From Felis catus (lineage: Eukaryota), in the NCBI RefSeq assembly GCF_018350175.1, contig NC_058368.1, positions 46,750,001 through 46,814,000 on the forward strand: a DNA stretch of 64,000 nt, given 5' to 3'. A program made the position numbers and the translations under genes. The notes beneath the pieces were generated by a model. That model did not search any database. It was not told where the DNA came from and saw only the letters and a list, made by a program, of their open reading frames with translations. This document shows positions 37,191-48,420 of this stretch, piece by piece. Within the stretch, counting starts at the first letter, position 1. Each line of letters starts with the position of its first letter.

Positions 37191-37835
37191 GTGATGGCTT
37201 TGTAATGTGTCAACTTGGCTAGGCAAAACTGTTTCCCAGAATCCCCTTTCCCACGTGTTTAAGGCTAATGTGAGCGACAAGATATGGGGGTGAGATATGA
37301 AGGGTGGAATTGAAGCGGCAACCATATTCTTTCTAATGCATAGAAGGTTCAGGATTACCAGGCACTTTCGTAGCTCTAGGTAACTTTCGTTTCAAGGCAG
37401 CAATAAAGAATCAATTTTCCCACTTCCTCTGGATCCTCTTCAATCTTTCTGGGATCACAAGTGGGTTTGGGTCTGTGGATGAAGGGTGCCAGCTTCTTCT
37501 GAAGGACCCCCACTTTATCAGGAATGGAAGCAGTGTGAACCGACAGATTTCTTTCTGTTCTTGTTGGGCTCCAGCTAATACTAATGGGTTCAGCTTAACC
37601 TCACTGTACCTCATGTGATATCACTGTTTTCTCCCAACTATCTACCCTGCAGGCTTCAAGCTCCAGCATCAAGTGTAGAGACAAGAGCCTTGCAGAGGCT
37701 TAACCAGGTTCCACAATTATGTAAATTGAAATCTGTGTACCAAATACACACATCGACACACATACACGTCTACCTATATATACATCTGTATATATTTATA
37801 TTGTAGTGCTTCTGCTTCTCTGATTGAACCCTAGT
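37191..37835 (+). mobile_element. MLT2 (E/F-like) ERVL solo LTR
   Basis: 5' gtgatggctttgtaatgtgtcaacttggctaggc...tttcccagaatcccctt; 3' gcttctgcttctctgattgaaccct. Confidence 0.8.
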
Positions 37836-38059
37836 ACGGTCTTGATTCAGCATAGTAAATTTTCCATATTGTTCTTTAAGAACGTCTCAGCTCTTTCTGG
37901 CCTTTCATATTTTTGTATACATTTTAGAATCATTTTATCAACTTTCATGCACACACACATATACTTGCACATACATCTCTTGGAATTTGATTGAGATTGC
38001 ACAAATCTGTATCTTAGTGTAGAGAGAACCAAGATCTTTCCATATTGGGTTTTCTGGAC

Positions 38060-38226
38060 CTGTGCTTTTCAGACGTTTGATATGCATACAATCCACAAGA
38101 TGTTCTTGTTAAAATACAATTTCTGATTTAGTAAGTCTGGGATGGAGCCCAAGATTCTGATTTTCTTATAAGCTCCTAGATAATGCTGATGCAGCTGGTC
38201 AGTTGGGCATACTTTGGATAGCAAGG
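38060..38226. mobile_element. MER5 (A/B-like) hAT-Charlie MITE
   Basis: cttgttaaaatacaatttctgatttagtaagtctgggatggagcccaagattctg...taagctcctagataatgctgatgcagctggtc...actttggatagcaagg. Confidence 0.82.
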
Positions 38227-39303
38227 GTTTAGACAGAGCATGTCTCTCCATTTAATTTCTCTAATAATATTTATAGTTTCCTGTATAAAGGTCTTGCACA
38301 TATATTGTTCCTAGGTGTTTGAAAGTTTATAAATTACACCTATATTTTAAATTTTTATATTCCATTTGTTGTTGATTTATAGCAATGCAATTGATTTTTT
38401 ATATGACTTTGTCTTGCTAAACTCACTTATTAATTCTAATAATTTATCTCTACAATCTTTTGGATTTTCTACAAATATAATTATCATATTAAAATGACAA
38501 TTTTATGTCTTCCTCTCTACACCATTTATATTTTATTTCATTTTCTGGCTTGACTTTCCTGATGGGGAAATCTCTAGGACAGTGTTGAATATCACTGAAT
38601 GGTGAGAGCAGACATTTTTATTTGGTCTTGAATATCCCAATCTCAAAGGGAAGTCTTGTCATATTTGATTATTAAGTGTGGTTCTCTAGGATTTTTGTAT
38701 GTATATTTTACCAGATTAAGAGCATTTCCTTTGATTCTTATGAATTTTTAACACAAATGGTTGTTTAATTTCATCAATGTATTTCTGCATTTATCAAGAC
38801 AATCTAATTATTTTCTTCCTTATTCTGTTAATGTGATGAAATCTATCGATTGAGTTTTGAATGTTACATCAACATTGCATTCCAGCAATGAACTCAGCTT
38901 AGTTATGACATATATTGTCCTTTCTGTATGTTGTTTAGCAGTTTTGCTTGTATATTACTATGATTTGCCTGTAATTCTCCCTACTAATATTGTCCTCAGT
39001 TTTTGTGATCAAGATCGTACTGGCCTCATATAAAATCGAGGAATGTCTGTCTGCAGATTTCTTTTCTTTTTTCTTTTTTAAAATTTATATCCAAATTAGT
39101 TAGCATATAGTGCAACAATGATTTCAGGAGTAGATTCCTTAGTGCCCCTTACCCATTTAGCCCATCCCCCTCCCAGAACCCCTCCAGTAACCCTCAGTTT
39201 GTTCTCCATATTTGTGAGTCTCCTCTGTTTTGTCCCCCTCCCTGTTTTTACATTATTTTTGTTTCCCTTCCCTTATGTTCATCTGTTTTGTCTCTCAAAG
39301 TCC

Positions 39304-42300
39304 TCATATGAGTGAAGTCATCTATTTTTATCTTTCTCTGACTAATTTCACTTAGCATAATACCCTCCAGTTCCATCCACGTAGTTGCAAATGGCAAGAT
39401 TTCATTCTTTTTGATTGCCAAGTAATACTCCATTGTATGTATGAATGTGTATATATATATACACATTGTATGTATGTGTATGTATGTATGTATTGCCAAG
39501 TAATACTCCATTGTATGTATGAATGTGTATATATATACACATTGTATGTATGAATGGTATATATATACACCATTTCTTCTTTATCCATTCATCCATCGAT
39601 GGACATTTGGGCTCTTTCCATACTTTGGCTATTGTTGATAATGCTGCTATAAATATGGGGGTGCATGTGTCCCTTCAAAACAGCACACCTATATCCCGTG
39701 GATAAATGCCTAGTAGTGCAATTTCTGGATCGTAGGTTAGTTCTATTTTTAGTTTTTTTGAGGAACCTTCATACTGTTTTCCAGAGTGGCTGCACCAGCT
39801 TGCATTCCCACCAACAATGCAAAAGAGATCCTCTTTCTCCGCATCCTCGCCAGCATCTGTTGTTGCCTGAGTTGTTCATGTTAGCCATTCTGACAGGTGT
39901 AAGGTGGTATCTCATTGTGGTTTTGATTTGTATTTCCCTGATGATGAGTGATGTAGAGCATTTTTTCATGTGTCGGTTGGCCATCTGGATGTCTTCTTTG
40001 GAGAAGTGTCTATTTATGTCTTTTGCACATTTCTTGACTGGATTATTTGTTTTTTGGGTGTTGAGTTTGATAAGTTCTTTATAACTTTTGGATACTAACC
40101 CTTTATCTGATATATCGTTTGCAAATATCTTCTCCCATTCTGTCAGTTGCCTTTTAGTTTTGCTGATTGTTTCCTTCGCTGTGCAGAAGGTTTTTATTTT
40201 GATGAGGTCCCAGTAGTTCATTTTTGCTTTTGTTTCCCTTGCCTCTGGAGATGTTGAGTAAGAAGTTGCTGCGGGCCAGATCAAAGAGGTTTTTGCCTAC
40301 TTTCTCCTCGAGGATTTTGATGACTTCTTGTCTTACATTGAGGTATTTCATCCATTTTGAGTTTATTTTTGTGTATGGTATAAGAAAGTGGTCCAGGTTC
40401 ATTCTTCTGCATGTCACTGTCCAGTTTTCCCAGCACCACTAGCTGAAGAGACTGTCTTTATTCCATTGGATATTCTTTCCTGCTTTGTCAAAGATTAGTT
40501 GGCCATATGTTTGTGGGTCCATTTCTGGGTTCTCTATTCTGTTCCATTGATCTGAGTGTCTGTTCTTGTGCCAGTACCATACTGTCTTGATGATTACAGC
40601 TTTGTAGTATAGCTTGAAGTCCGGGATTATGATGCCTCCTGCTTTGGTTTTCTTTTTGAAGATTGCTTTGGTCGGGGCACCTGGGTGGCTCAGTTGGTTG
40701 AGCGTCTGACTTCAGCTCAGGTCACAATCTCACAGTCTGTGAGTTCGAGCCCCACGTCAGGTTCTGTGCTGACAGCTCAGAGCCTGGGGCCTGTTTCAGA
40801 TTCTGTGTCTCCCTCTCTCTCTAACCCTCCCCCGTTCATGCTCTGTCTCTCTCTGTCTCAAAAATAAATAAATGTTAAAAAAAAATTTAAAGATTGCTTT
40901 GTCTATTCGGGGTCTTTTATGGTTCCATACAAATTTTAGGATTATTTGCTCCAGCTCTGTGAAGAATGTTGGTGTTACTTTGATAGGGATTGCATTGAAT
41001 ATGTAGATTGCTTTGGGTGGTATTGACACTTTAACAACATTTGTTCTTCCTATCCAGGAGCATGGAATCTTTTCCCATTTTTTTGGTGTCTTTTTCAATT
41101 TCTTTCATAAGCTTTCTATAGTTTTCAGTGCATAGATTTTTCACCTCATTGGTTAGATTTATTCCTAGGTATTTTTATGGTTTTTGGTGCAACTGTAAAT
41201 GGGATCGATTCCTTGATTTCTCTTTCTGTCGCTTCATTGTTGGTGTATAGGAATGCAACCGATTTCTGTGCGTTGGTTTTATATCCTGCAACTTTGCTGA
41301 ATTCATGAATCAATTCTAGCAGATTTTTGGTGGCATCTTTTGGGTTTTCCTTATAGAGTATCATGTCATCTGTGAAGAGTGAAAGTTTGACCTCCTCCTG
41401 GCCGATTTGGATGCTTTTTATTTCTTTGTGTTGTCTGATTGCAGAGGCTAAGACTTCAAATTGTTGAATAACAGTTCAAAATGTTGAATAATAGTGACGA
41501 GAGTGGACATCCCTGTCTTGTTCCTGACCTTAGGGGGAAAGCTCTCAATTTTTCCCCATTGAGGATGATATTAGCATTGGGTTGTTCATAAATGGCTTTT
41601 ATGATCTCAAGGTATGCTCCTTCTATCCCTACTTTCTTGAGGGCTTTTATCAAGAAAGGATGGTGTATTTTGTCAAATGCTTTCTCTGCATCTATTGAGA
41701 GGATCATATGGTTCTTGTCCTTTCTTTTATTGATGTGATGAATCACGTTAATTGTTTTGCAGATATTGAACCATACCTGCCTCCCAGGTATAAACCCCAC
41801 TAGCTCGTGATGCATAATTTTTTTAATGTATTGTTGGATCTGGTTGGCTAATATCTTGATGATTTTTGCATCCATGTTCATCAGGGAAATTGGTCTATAG
41901 TTCTCCTTTTTAGTGGGGTCTCTGTCTGGTTTGGAATCAACATAATGCTGGCTTCATAGGAAGAGTTTGGAAGTTTTCCTTCCATTTCTATTTTTTGGAA
42001 CAGTTTCAAGAGAATAGGTGTTAACTCTTCCTTAAATGCTTGGTAGAATTCCCCTGGAAAGCCACCTGGCCCTGGACTCTTGTTTTTTGGGAAATTTTTG
42101 ATTACTAATTCGATTTCCTTACTGGTTATGGGTCTGTTCAAATTTTCTATTTCTTCCTGTTTCAGTTTTGGTAGTGTATATGTTTCTAGGAATTTGTCCA
42201 TTTCTTCCAGATTGCCCATTTTATTGGCATATAATTGCTCATAATATTCTTTTATTATTATTGTTTTTATTTCTGTTGTGTTGGTTGTGATCTCTCCTCT

Positions 42301-43480
42301 TTCATTCTTGATTTTATTTATTTGGGTCCTTTCCTTTTTCTTCTTGACCGAACTGGATACTGGTTTATCAATTTTGTTAATTCTTTCAGAGAACCAGCTT
42401 CTGGTTTCATTGATCTGTTCTACTATTTTTTTGGTTTCGATAGCAATCATTTCTGCTCTAATCTTTATTATTTCCTGTCTTCTGCTGGTTTTGGGTTTTG
42501 TTTGCTATTCTTTGTCCAGCTCCTTAGGGCGTAAGTTTAGGTTGTGTATCTGAGATCTTTCTTGCTTCTTTAGGAAGGCCTGGATTGCTATATACTTTCC
42601 TTTTATGACCACCTTTGCTGCGTCCCAGAGGTTTTGGGTTTTGGTGTTATCATTTTCATTGGCTTCCATATACTTTTTAATTTCCTCTTTAACTTCTTGG
42701 TTAGCCCATTCATTCTTTAGTAGGATGTTCTTCAGTCTCCAAGTATTTGTTACCTTTCCAAATTTTTTCTTGTGGTTGATTTTGAGTTTCATAGCGTTGT
42801 GGTCTGAAAATATGCACGGTATGATGTCGATCTTTTTGTACTTACTTAGGGCTGATTTGTGTCCCAGTATATGGTCTATTCTGGAGAATGTTCTGTGTGC
42901 ACTGGAGAAGAATGTATATTCTGCTGCTTTAGGATGAAATGTTCTGAATATATTTGTTAAGTCCATCTGGTCCAGTGGGTCATTCAAAGCCATTGTTTCC
43001 TTGTTGATTTTTTGATTAGATGATCTGTCCATTGCTGTGAGTGGGGTGTTGAAGTCTACTCTTACGGTATTACTATTGATGAGTTTCTTTATGTTTGTGA
43101 TTCATTGATTTATGTATTTTGTGCTTTCACATTTGGCGCATAAATGTTCACAATTGTTAGGTCTTCTTGGTGGATAGACCCCTTGTTTATGATATAATGT
43201 TCTTCTGCATCTCTTGATACGGTCTTTTTTTTAAAGTCTAGATTATCTCATATAAGTATGGCTACTCCGGCTTTCTTTTGTTGACCATTAGCATGATAGA
43301 TGTTCTCCATCCCCTTATTTTCAATATGAAGGTGTCTTTAGGTCTCAAGTGGGTCTCTTGTAAACAGCATATAGATGGATCTTGTTTTCTTATCAATTCT
43401 GTTACCCTATGTCTTTTGATTGGAGCATTGAGTCCATTGACATTTAGAGTGAGTACTGAAAGATGTGAATTTATTGCCAT
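39304..43480 (-). pseudogene. L1 ORF2 (APE endonuclease - reverse transcriptase - C-terminal Cys-rich domain), disrupted
   Basis: Fragments MAINSHLSVLTLNVNGLNAPIK..LQETH, SRIDHILG..SDHN (EN); [37 protein letters not shown] (RT); [18 protein letters not shown]; multiple frameshifts/stops and a SINE insertion. Confidence 0.95.
40674..40889 (+). mobile_element. Can-SINE inserted into L1 ORF2
   Basis: Full head and tail; TSD aagattgctttg at 40659 and 40890. Confidence 0.96.
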
Positions 43481-43529
43481 TATGATGCTTGTAGAGTTGG
43501 AGTTTCTGGTGGTGTTCTCTGGTCCTTTC

Positions 43530-44464
43530 TAGTCTTTGTTGCTTTTGGTATTTATTTATATATATTTTTTCATTTTTTCTCCCCTCAGAGAGTCTCCCTT
43601 AAAATTGCTTGCAGGGCTGGTTTAGTGGTCACAAAGTCCTTTAATTTTTGTTTGTCTCAGAAACTCTTTATCTCTCCTTCTATTTTGAATGACAGCCTTG
43701 CTGGATAAAGAATTCTTGGCTGCATATTTTTCTGATTCAGCACATTGAATATATCCTGCCACTCCTTTCTGGCCTGCCAAGTTTCTCTGGATAGGTCTGC
43801 TGCAAACCTGATCTGTCTTCCCTTGTGGGTTAGGGACTTTTTTTCCCTTGCTGCTTTCATGATTCTCTCCTTGCCTGAGTATTTTGTGAATTTGACTATG
43901 ATATGCCTTGTTGATGGTTGGGTTTTGTTGAATCTAATGGGGGTCCTCTGTGCTTCCTGGATTTTGACATCTGTGTCTTTCCCCAGGTTAGGGAAGTTTT
44001 CCTCTGTGATTCACTCACATAACCCTTCTACATATTTCTCTCTCTTCCCCCTCTGGGACCCCTATGATTCTGATGTTGTTCCTTTTGAATGAGTCACTGA
44101 TTTCTCTAATTCTTATATAGTGCTCTTTTGCCTTCATCTCTCTCTTTTTTTCTGCTTCATTATTCTCTATAACTTTGTCTTCTATATCGCTGATTTTCTG
44201 GTCTGCCTCATTCATCCTTGCCACTGTTGTGTCTGTCTATGATTGCAGCTCAGTTATAGCATTTTTCATTTTATTCTGGTTATTTTTTACTTCGTTTATC
44301 TCTGCAGAAAGGGATTCTAATCTGTTTTTGACTCCAGCTAGTATTCTTATTATCGTGATTCTAAATTCTGGTTCAGACATCTTGCTTGTATCTGTGTTGG
44401 TTAAATGCCTGGCTGTCATTTCTTTGTGCTCTTTCTTTTGGGGTGAATTCCTTTGTTTTGTCCT
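43530..44464 (-). pseudogene. L1 ORF1 (coiled coil / RRM / CTD RNA-binding protein), disrupted
   Basis: Fragments TKQRNSPQKKE..MSEPEFRITIIRIL, ISDIEDK..KRNNIRIIGVPE, KAAREKK..IRFAADLS.ETWQARKEWQDIF..QPRILYPARLSF; premature stop at 44237 and frameshifts; 3' end approximate. Confidence 0.93.
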
Positions 44465-44672
44465 TTTGAAGGGAGAAAAGACATTAATGTGGTAGAAAAA
44501 TTGAAATAAGAAAAGTAAAATTAAAAAAATATTAAAATTAAAAATTGAATACACACCCACACACAAAAATCGAATAGATGATGCTAGACCCTAGGTGTGT
44601 TTTGGTCTGGGTGTTTAAAGTAGTTTGACAGATTAGAGAAAAAAAAATGGGGGGAGGGACGAAAAAAAAAGG

Positions 44673-45340
44673 AAATCATTTGAGAATTTGAAAAAAATGA
44701 ATAGACTGAAGTTGACTAAAATGAGATGATGGGGGTAAAATAGAATTTGAAAAAATATATCCAAAAGTAAAGAATACAGTAGAAAAAAAAATTAAAGAAA
44801 AATATTTTTAATAAAAATTATAAATAAATATGATTTTTTTCTTTTTCTGTATTTAAGAAAAAAGAAAACAAACAAAAAAGAAAAAAGATTAAAAAAATCA
44901 TTTGAAAATTTGAAAAAGTGAATACACTGTAGTAGACTAAAATAAAATGATGGAAGTAAAATAGAATTTGAAAACAATTACATACAAGCAAAAAATATAG
45001 TAAGAAATTAAAAATATATTTTAATAGAAATTAAAAGTAAAAATGAAAATTTAATCTTTCTGCATTCAAGAAAAAGAGAAGAAACGAAAAAGAAAAAAAG
45101 AAAAAGAAAGAAAAAAGGAAATTGTTTGAAAATTTGAAAGGTGAATACACAGAAGTAGACTAAAATAAAATGATGGAAGTAAAGTAGAATTTGAAACAAT
45201 TTACACAAAAGTAAAAAATATAGTAATAAAAATTAAAGACAGATATTTTTAATAAAAATTGAAAATAAAAATGAATTTTTTCTCTTTCTGTATTAAGAAA
45301 AATAAAAGTGCAAAAGAGAAAAAGAAAAAAAAGAAAATTG
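44673..45340 (-). repeat. Three ~223-bp AT-rich tandem units inside the L1 5'UTR
   Basis: Unit starts at 44673, 44895 and 45119 share tttga(g/a)aatttgaaa..tgaata.ac.g.ag..gactaaaat..atgatgg..gtaaa.tagaatttgaaa. Confidence 0.9.
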
Positions 45341-45399
45341 AATAGATGAACCTGCTAACAGATTGAAGTAGGACTGAAATTGCTTCGTTTTCCGTTAGA

Positions 45400-46574
45400 A
45401 GTCAGTCTATATAGCGGTTTGTAGTTTATAAACTAAGACAGCGGTGAGACTTGTGCTCTTGAAGAGCAAAGTTGACCCAGTTGGGCAGGGCTCAGTGTAA
45501 CAGCTCCGCTCTCTGCTAGATGGAGCTGCTAGCCTACTGGGGTGGATTGTTGCAGCGCTCATAGGTGCGTATGCACATGCGCAGGAGCGGGTGGGGGGGG
45601 ACGGCACTACCCAGCTACCCAGTCTGTTCTCCGGGATCAGCAATCGCGTACCCATCCTCTATCTTCAGCTCTCGTCCACTCCCTGGTTTTTCATTGTCCG
45701 TGACCAGGCCCTAGGCAGTACCTCTCTCCCAAGTGTTGTCTCAGATGTGGCTGTTTTCCTCAGCTCCTTACTTGGAAGGACTGCGGCTTTGACCCGCTCC
45801 GCCCCTCTGCGGGAGGGTCTTACCTAGCAATGGCTGAATGAGCAATGGCCGAATGTCGGCTGCACCCAGGAACGCTTGCTGGACCCTGCTGCTGCCGGTG
45901 CCCCGAGACTGCGGCCAGGTGCCAGTCCATCCCAAAAACGTTTGTGAGAAAGTGTAGCAGCAGCATTTCAGGGATTATGGAAAATCACAACACACACCTG
46001 GCACCAGGCTTCACCCTTAACGACCTTGTTCCAGCACCAGCGAATGTAGCCACCTTCTGGGGTCTGCTGGGACCAGGTGGCTTCAACAGTCTCTACCAAA
46101 TGTCCTTCCAGCAGTGAAACCGCTTTTTCCCGTGTGGCCTGAGAACCTCCCAGATCCCACTCTGCTCCTGGGGATTCGCCCTTCCCACCAGAGCACCGCC
46201 AGGTATGGAGCTGCGGAGTTGCAGCCTTTGCGCTCCCCTTGTTTACAGTCTTGATGGAATTTAAACCCTCTCCTTTCTCCTTTCTCCCTTTTTAGTTTTA
46301 GTCCCTGCGGCTGTTTCCAATTTTCCACTTTCTCTCCAGCTGCTTTGGGGAGGGGTGCTTTTCCTATTCTCCCCCCTCCCCAGTCTCCGTCCTTTCTCTG
46401 CCTGCAAAAGCAGTTCCCTAACTTCGCGGCTTCTTACTCCCCAAGTTCAGCTCTCCGCGCCGTGTACCTGCTGAGTTCTGTGGTTCAGGTTGTGCAGATT
46501 GCTGTGTTCATTCTCCAATCAGTTTGTTAGGTGTGTAGGATGGTTTAGTGTTGTTCTGGCTGTATTTCATGGAC
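45400..46574 (-). promoter_or_regulatory. L1 internal Pol II promoter region (GC/CpG-rich 5'UTR)
   Basis: The only extended GC/CpG-enriched stretch in the window, at the L1 5' end; L1 5'UTRs are known to hold internal promoters; activity of this copy unknown. Confidence 0.6.
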
Positions 46575-47527
46575 CTGCAGATCTTTTCTACCCTATGGAA
46601 AGTGTTTTGTATAATTGACATCATTTTTTCATTTAATATTTGGTAGTATTCAAAATGAAACCATCTGGCCCTATAATTTTCTTGGGAAAAGATGCTTATG
46701 TACAGATTTGACATTTCATATCTTTCATGTATTTTTGCTACTCTGGGTAAATTGTGTGTTTCCAGGAATTTGTACATTTCAACCTATATTTATAATTTTG
46801 CTAGCATAAAGTTGTTTATATTTATTTTTCTTTTATTGCTTATTTTTCTTGCCTCTTACAAGCTTTTATTCATTTCTAATTCACACATTTAAGCCTGTCA
46901 GAGTTCCTCTAAACTTTAGGTGCATCACCCAAGGTTTGATGTTGTTTGTATTTTCTAATTTACCTGTGATTTCCTTTTGAATTAATGGAATTTGTCATAA
47001 GAATATTTATTAATTTCTAAACATATGAGATATTCTAGTTACTTTTTGTTAAAAATAGATTTGTAGGTTAAATCTACTATAGTCAGAGAACAAGTGAGAT
47101 ATTTGCTGTGATGTGCTTTACTCCCAGAGGTGGATTAATTTTTTAAAATGTTCCATATTCCTGAAAGAATGTATTATCTGCAGATATTTGATGCAAGGTT
47201 TTATAGGTATTCATTTGGTGAGGTTTACTAATCATATAAGTTAAACTTTCCAGACCCTTATTGATATGTGCCTGCTTGTTAAATCAGTTACTGAGAGAAT
47301 TTTGTTAAAAATCTCTCAGAATTTTGGCTCTTCTATTGTATTTTATTGATTTTGGCTTTGAGTTTGCTTCTAGACTAGTAAAAAATATCTTCCCAGTGAT
47401 TTGCATATTTTGCCATTACGAAGTGCCTGTCTCTGTCATTATCAATTTAAAAAAATGATATTAATATATTTATAATAATTATAAATATTGTCTGACATTA
47501 ATATGATTACTTCAACTTTCATTTACA

Positions 47528-47737
47528 TTTTTTTTAACGTTTATTTATTTTTGAGACAGAGAGAGACAGAGAATGAATGGGGGAGGGTCAGAGAGAGAGG
47601 GAGACACAGAGTCTGAAAGAGGCTCCAGGCTCTGAGCTGTCAGCACAGAGCCCGACGCGGGGCTCGAACCCACGGACCACGAGATCGTGACCTGGCTGAA
47701 GTCGGACGCTTAACCGACTGCGCCACCCAGGCGCCCC
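47528..47737 (-). mobile_element. Young SINEC_Fc-type Can-SINE
   Basis: CpG-rich; exact 14-bp TSD tcaactttcattta (47512-47525 / 47738-47751). Confidence 0.97.
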
Positions 47738-48286
47738 TCAACTTTCATTTAAATTCCATATTATATGTCTTTCCATCTTTTGTTTTCAAATTTTTTTGCT
47801 CTTTTATTTCCATTGTGTTTCTATAAGTAGCACATAGTTGGATTTTGTTTTTTATCTACTATGATTCTTTAACTTTAATCGGAGAATTTAGATCATGTAT
47901 ATTTAATCTAAGTACTGATATAATTGAGTTTAATCATACTTAGTGATTTCTATTTTTCATCCATACTATGTTTTTCTTCTTTCTTGCTTCCTTTTGGACT
48001 AATTATGTTTTATTACTCCATTGACCATCTTTTTCCCATTTGCTTGGAAGTTACATATTCTTTTACTATTTTGGTAGTGGTTTTCTTAGAAATTACAGTG
48101 TAAGATTTTTTTATTATAAAGCCTAAAATTGTAATTTTCTCCTGTTCTTACATAATGCAAGGACTTCAGAACACCTTAAGTTTATTTATCCACCCCTAAC
48201 TTATATGCTATTGCTATCACTTACTATATTTTTTATGTTTTAAACCCTATTGGACATTATTAATTATTAATTAATACCATCAGTCA

Positions 48287-48420
48287 CAAACTGAGGGTTG
48301 ATGGGGGGGTGGGAGGGAGGGGAGGGTGGGTGATGGGTATTGAGGAGGGCACCTTTTAGGATGAGCACTGGGTGTTGTATGGAAACCAATTTGACAGTAA
48401 ACTTCATATATTGAAAAAAA
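48287..48420 (+). mobile_element. Severely 5'-truncated young feline L1 (3'UTR stub)
   Basis: caaactgagggttgatggg...gatgagcactgggtgttgtatggaaaccaatttgac...A-tail; exact 14-bp TSD aataccatcagtca (48273-48286 / 48421-48434). Confidence 0.93.

Larger units (their letters stand above)
37085..39050 (-). mobile_element. Ancient L1 (L1M/L1ME-like) ORF2 relic, left part; host of MLT2, MER5 and the young L1
   Basis: gtgtggatctatttctaggctt...ttctattccatt; ttttagaatcattttatcaa; tgctaaactcacttattaattcta; aggacagtgttgaat; tactggcctcata. Confidence 0.8.
39060..46574 (-). mobile_element. Near-full-length feline-type LINE-1 (L1_Fc-like), inactivated
   Basis: GC/CpG-rich 5'UTR, ORF1 and ORF2 fragments in order, 3'UTR and T-rich tail at 39060; TSD ctgcagat(tt)cttttct at 39051 and ctgcagatcttttct at 46575. 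Confidence 0.97.

Noticed and set aside
39665..44495. Plus-strand ORFs of 72-139 aa over the L1 body
   Set aside because: Antisense shadows of L1 ORF1/ORF2, commonly open because of L1 strand composition
44673..45340. Regularly spaced repeats considered as a CRISPR-like or satellite array
   Set aside because: Eukaryotic context; whole units are homologous with no unique spacers; lies inside an L1 5'UTR
45400..46574. CpG-rich region as a host gene CpG-island promoter
   Set aside because: Falls within the L1 boundaries defined by the TSD; it is the L1 5'UTR
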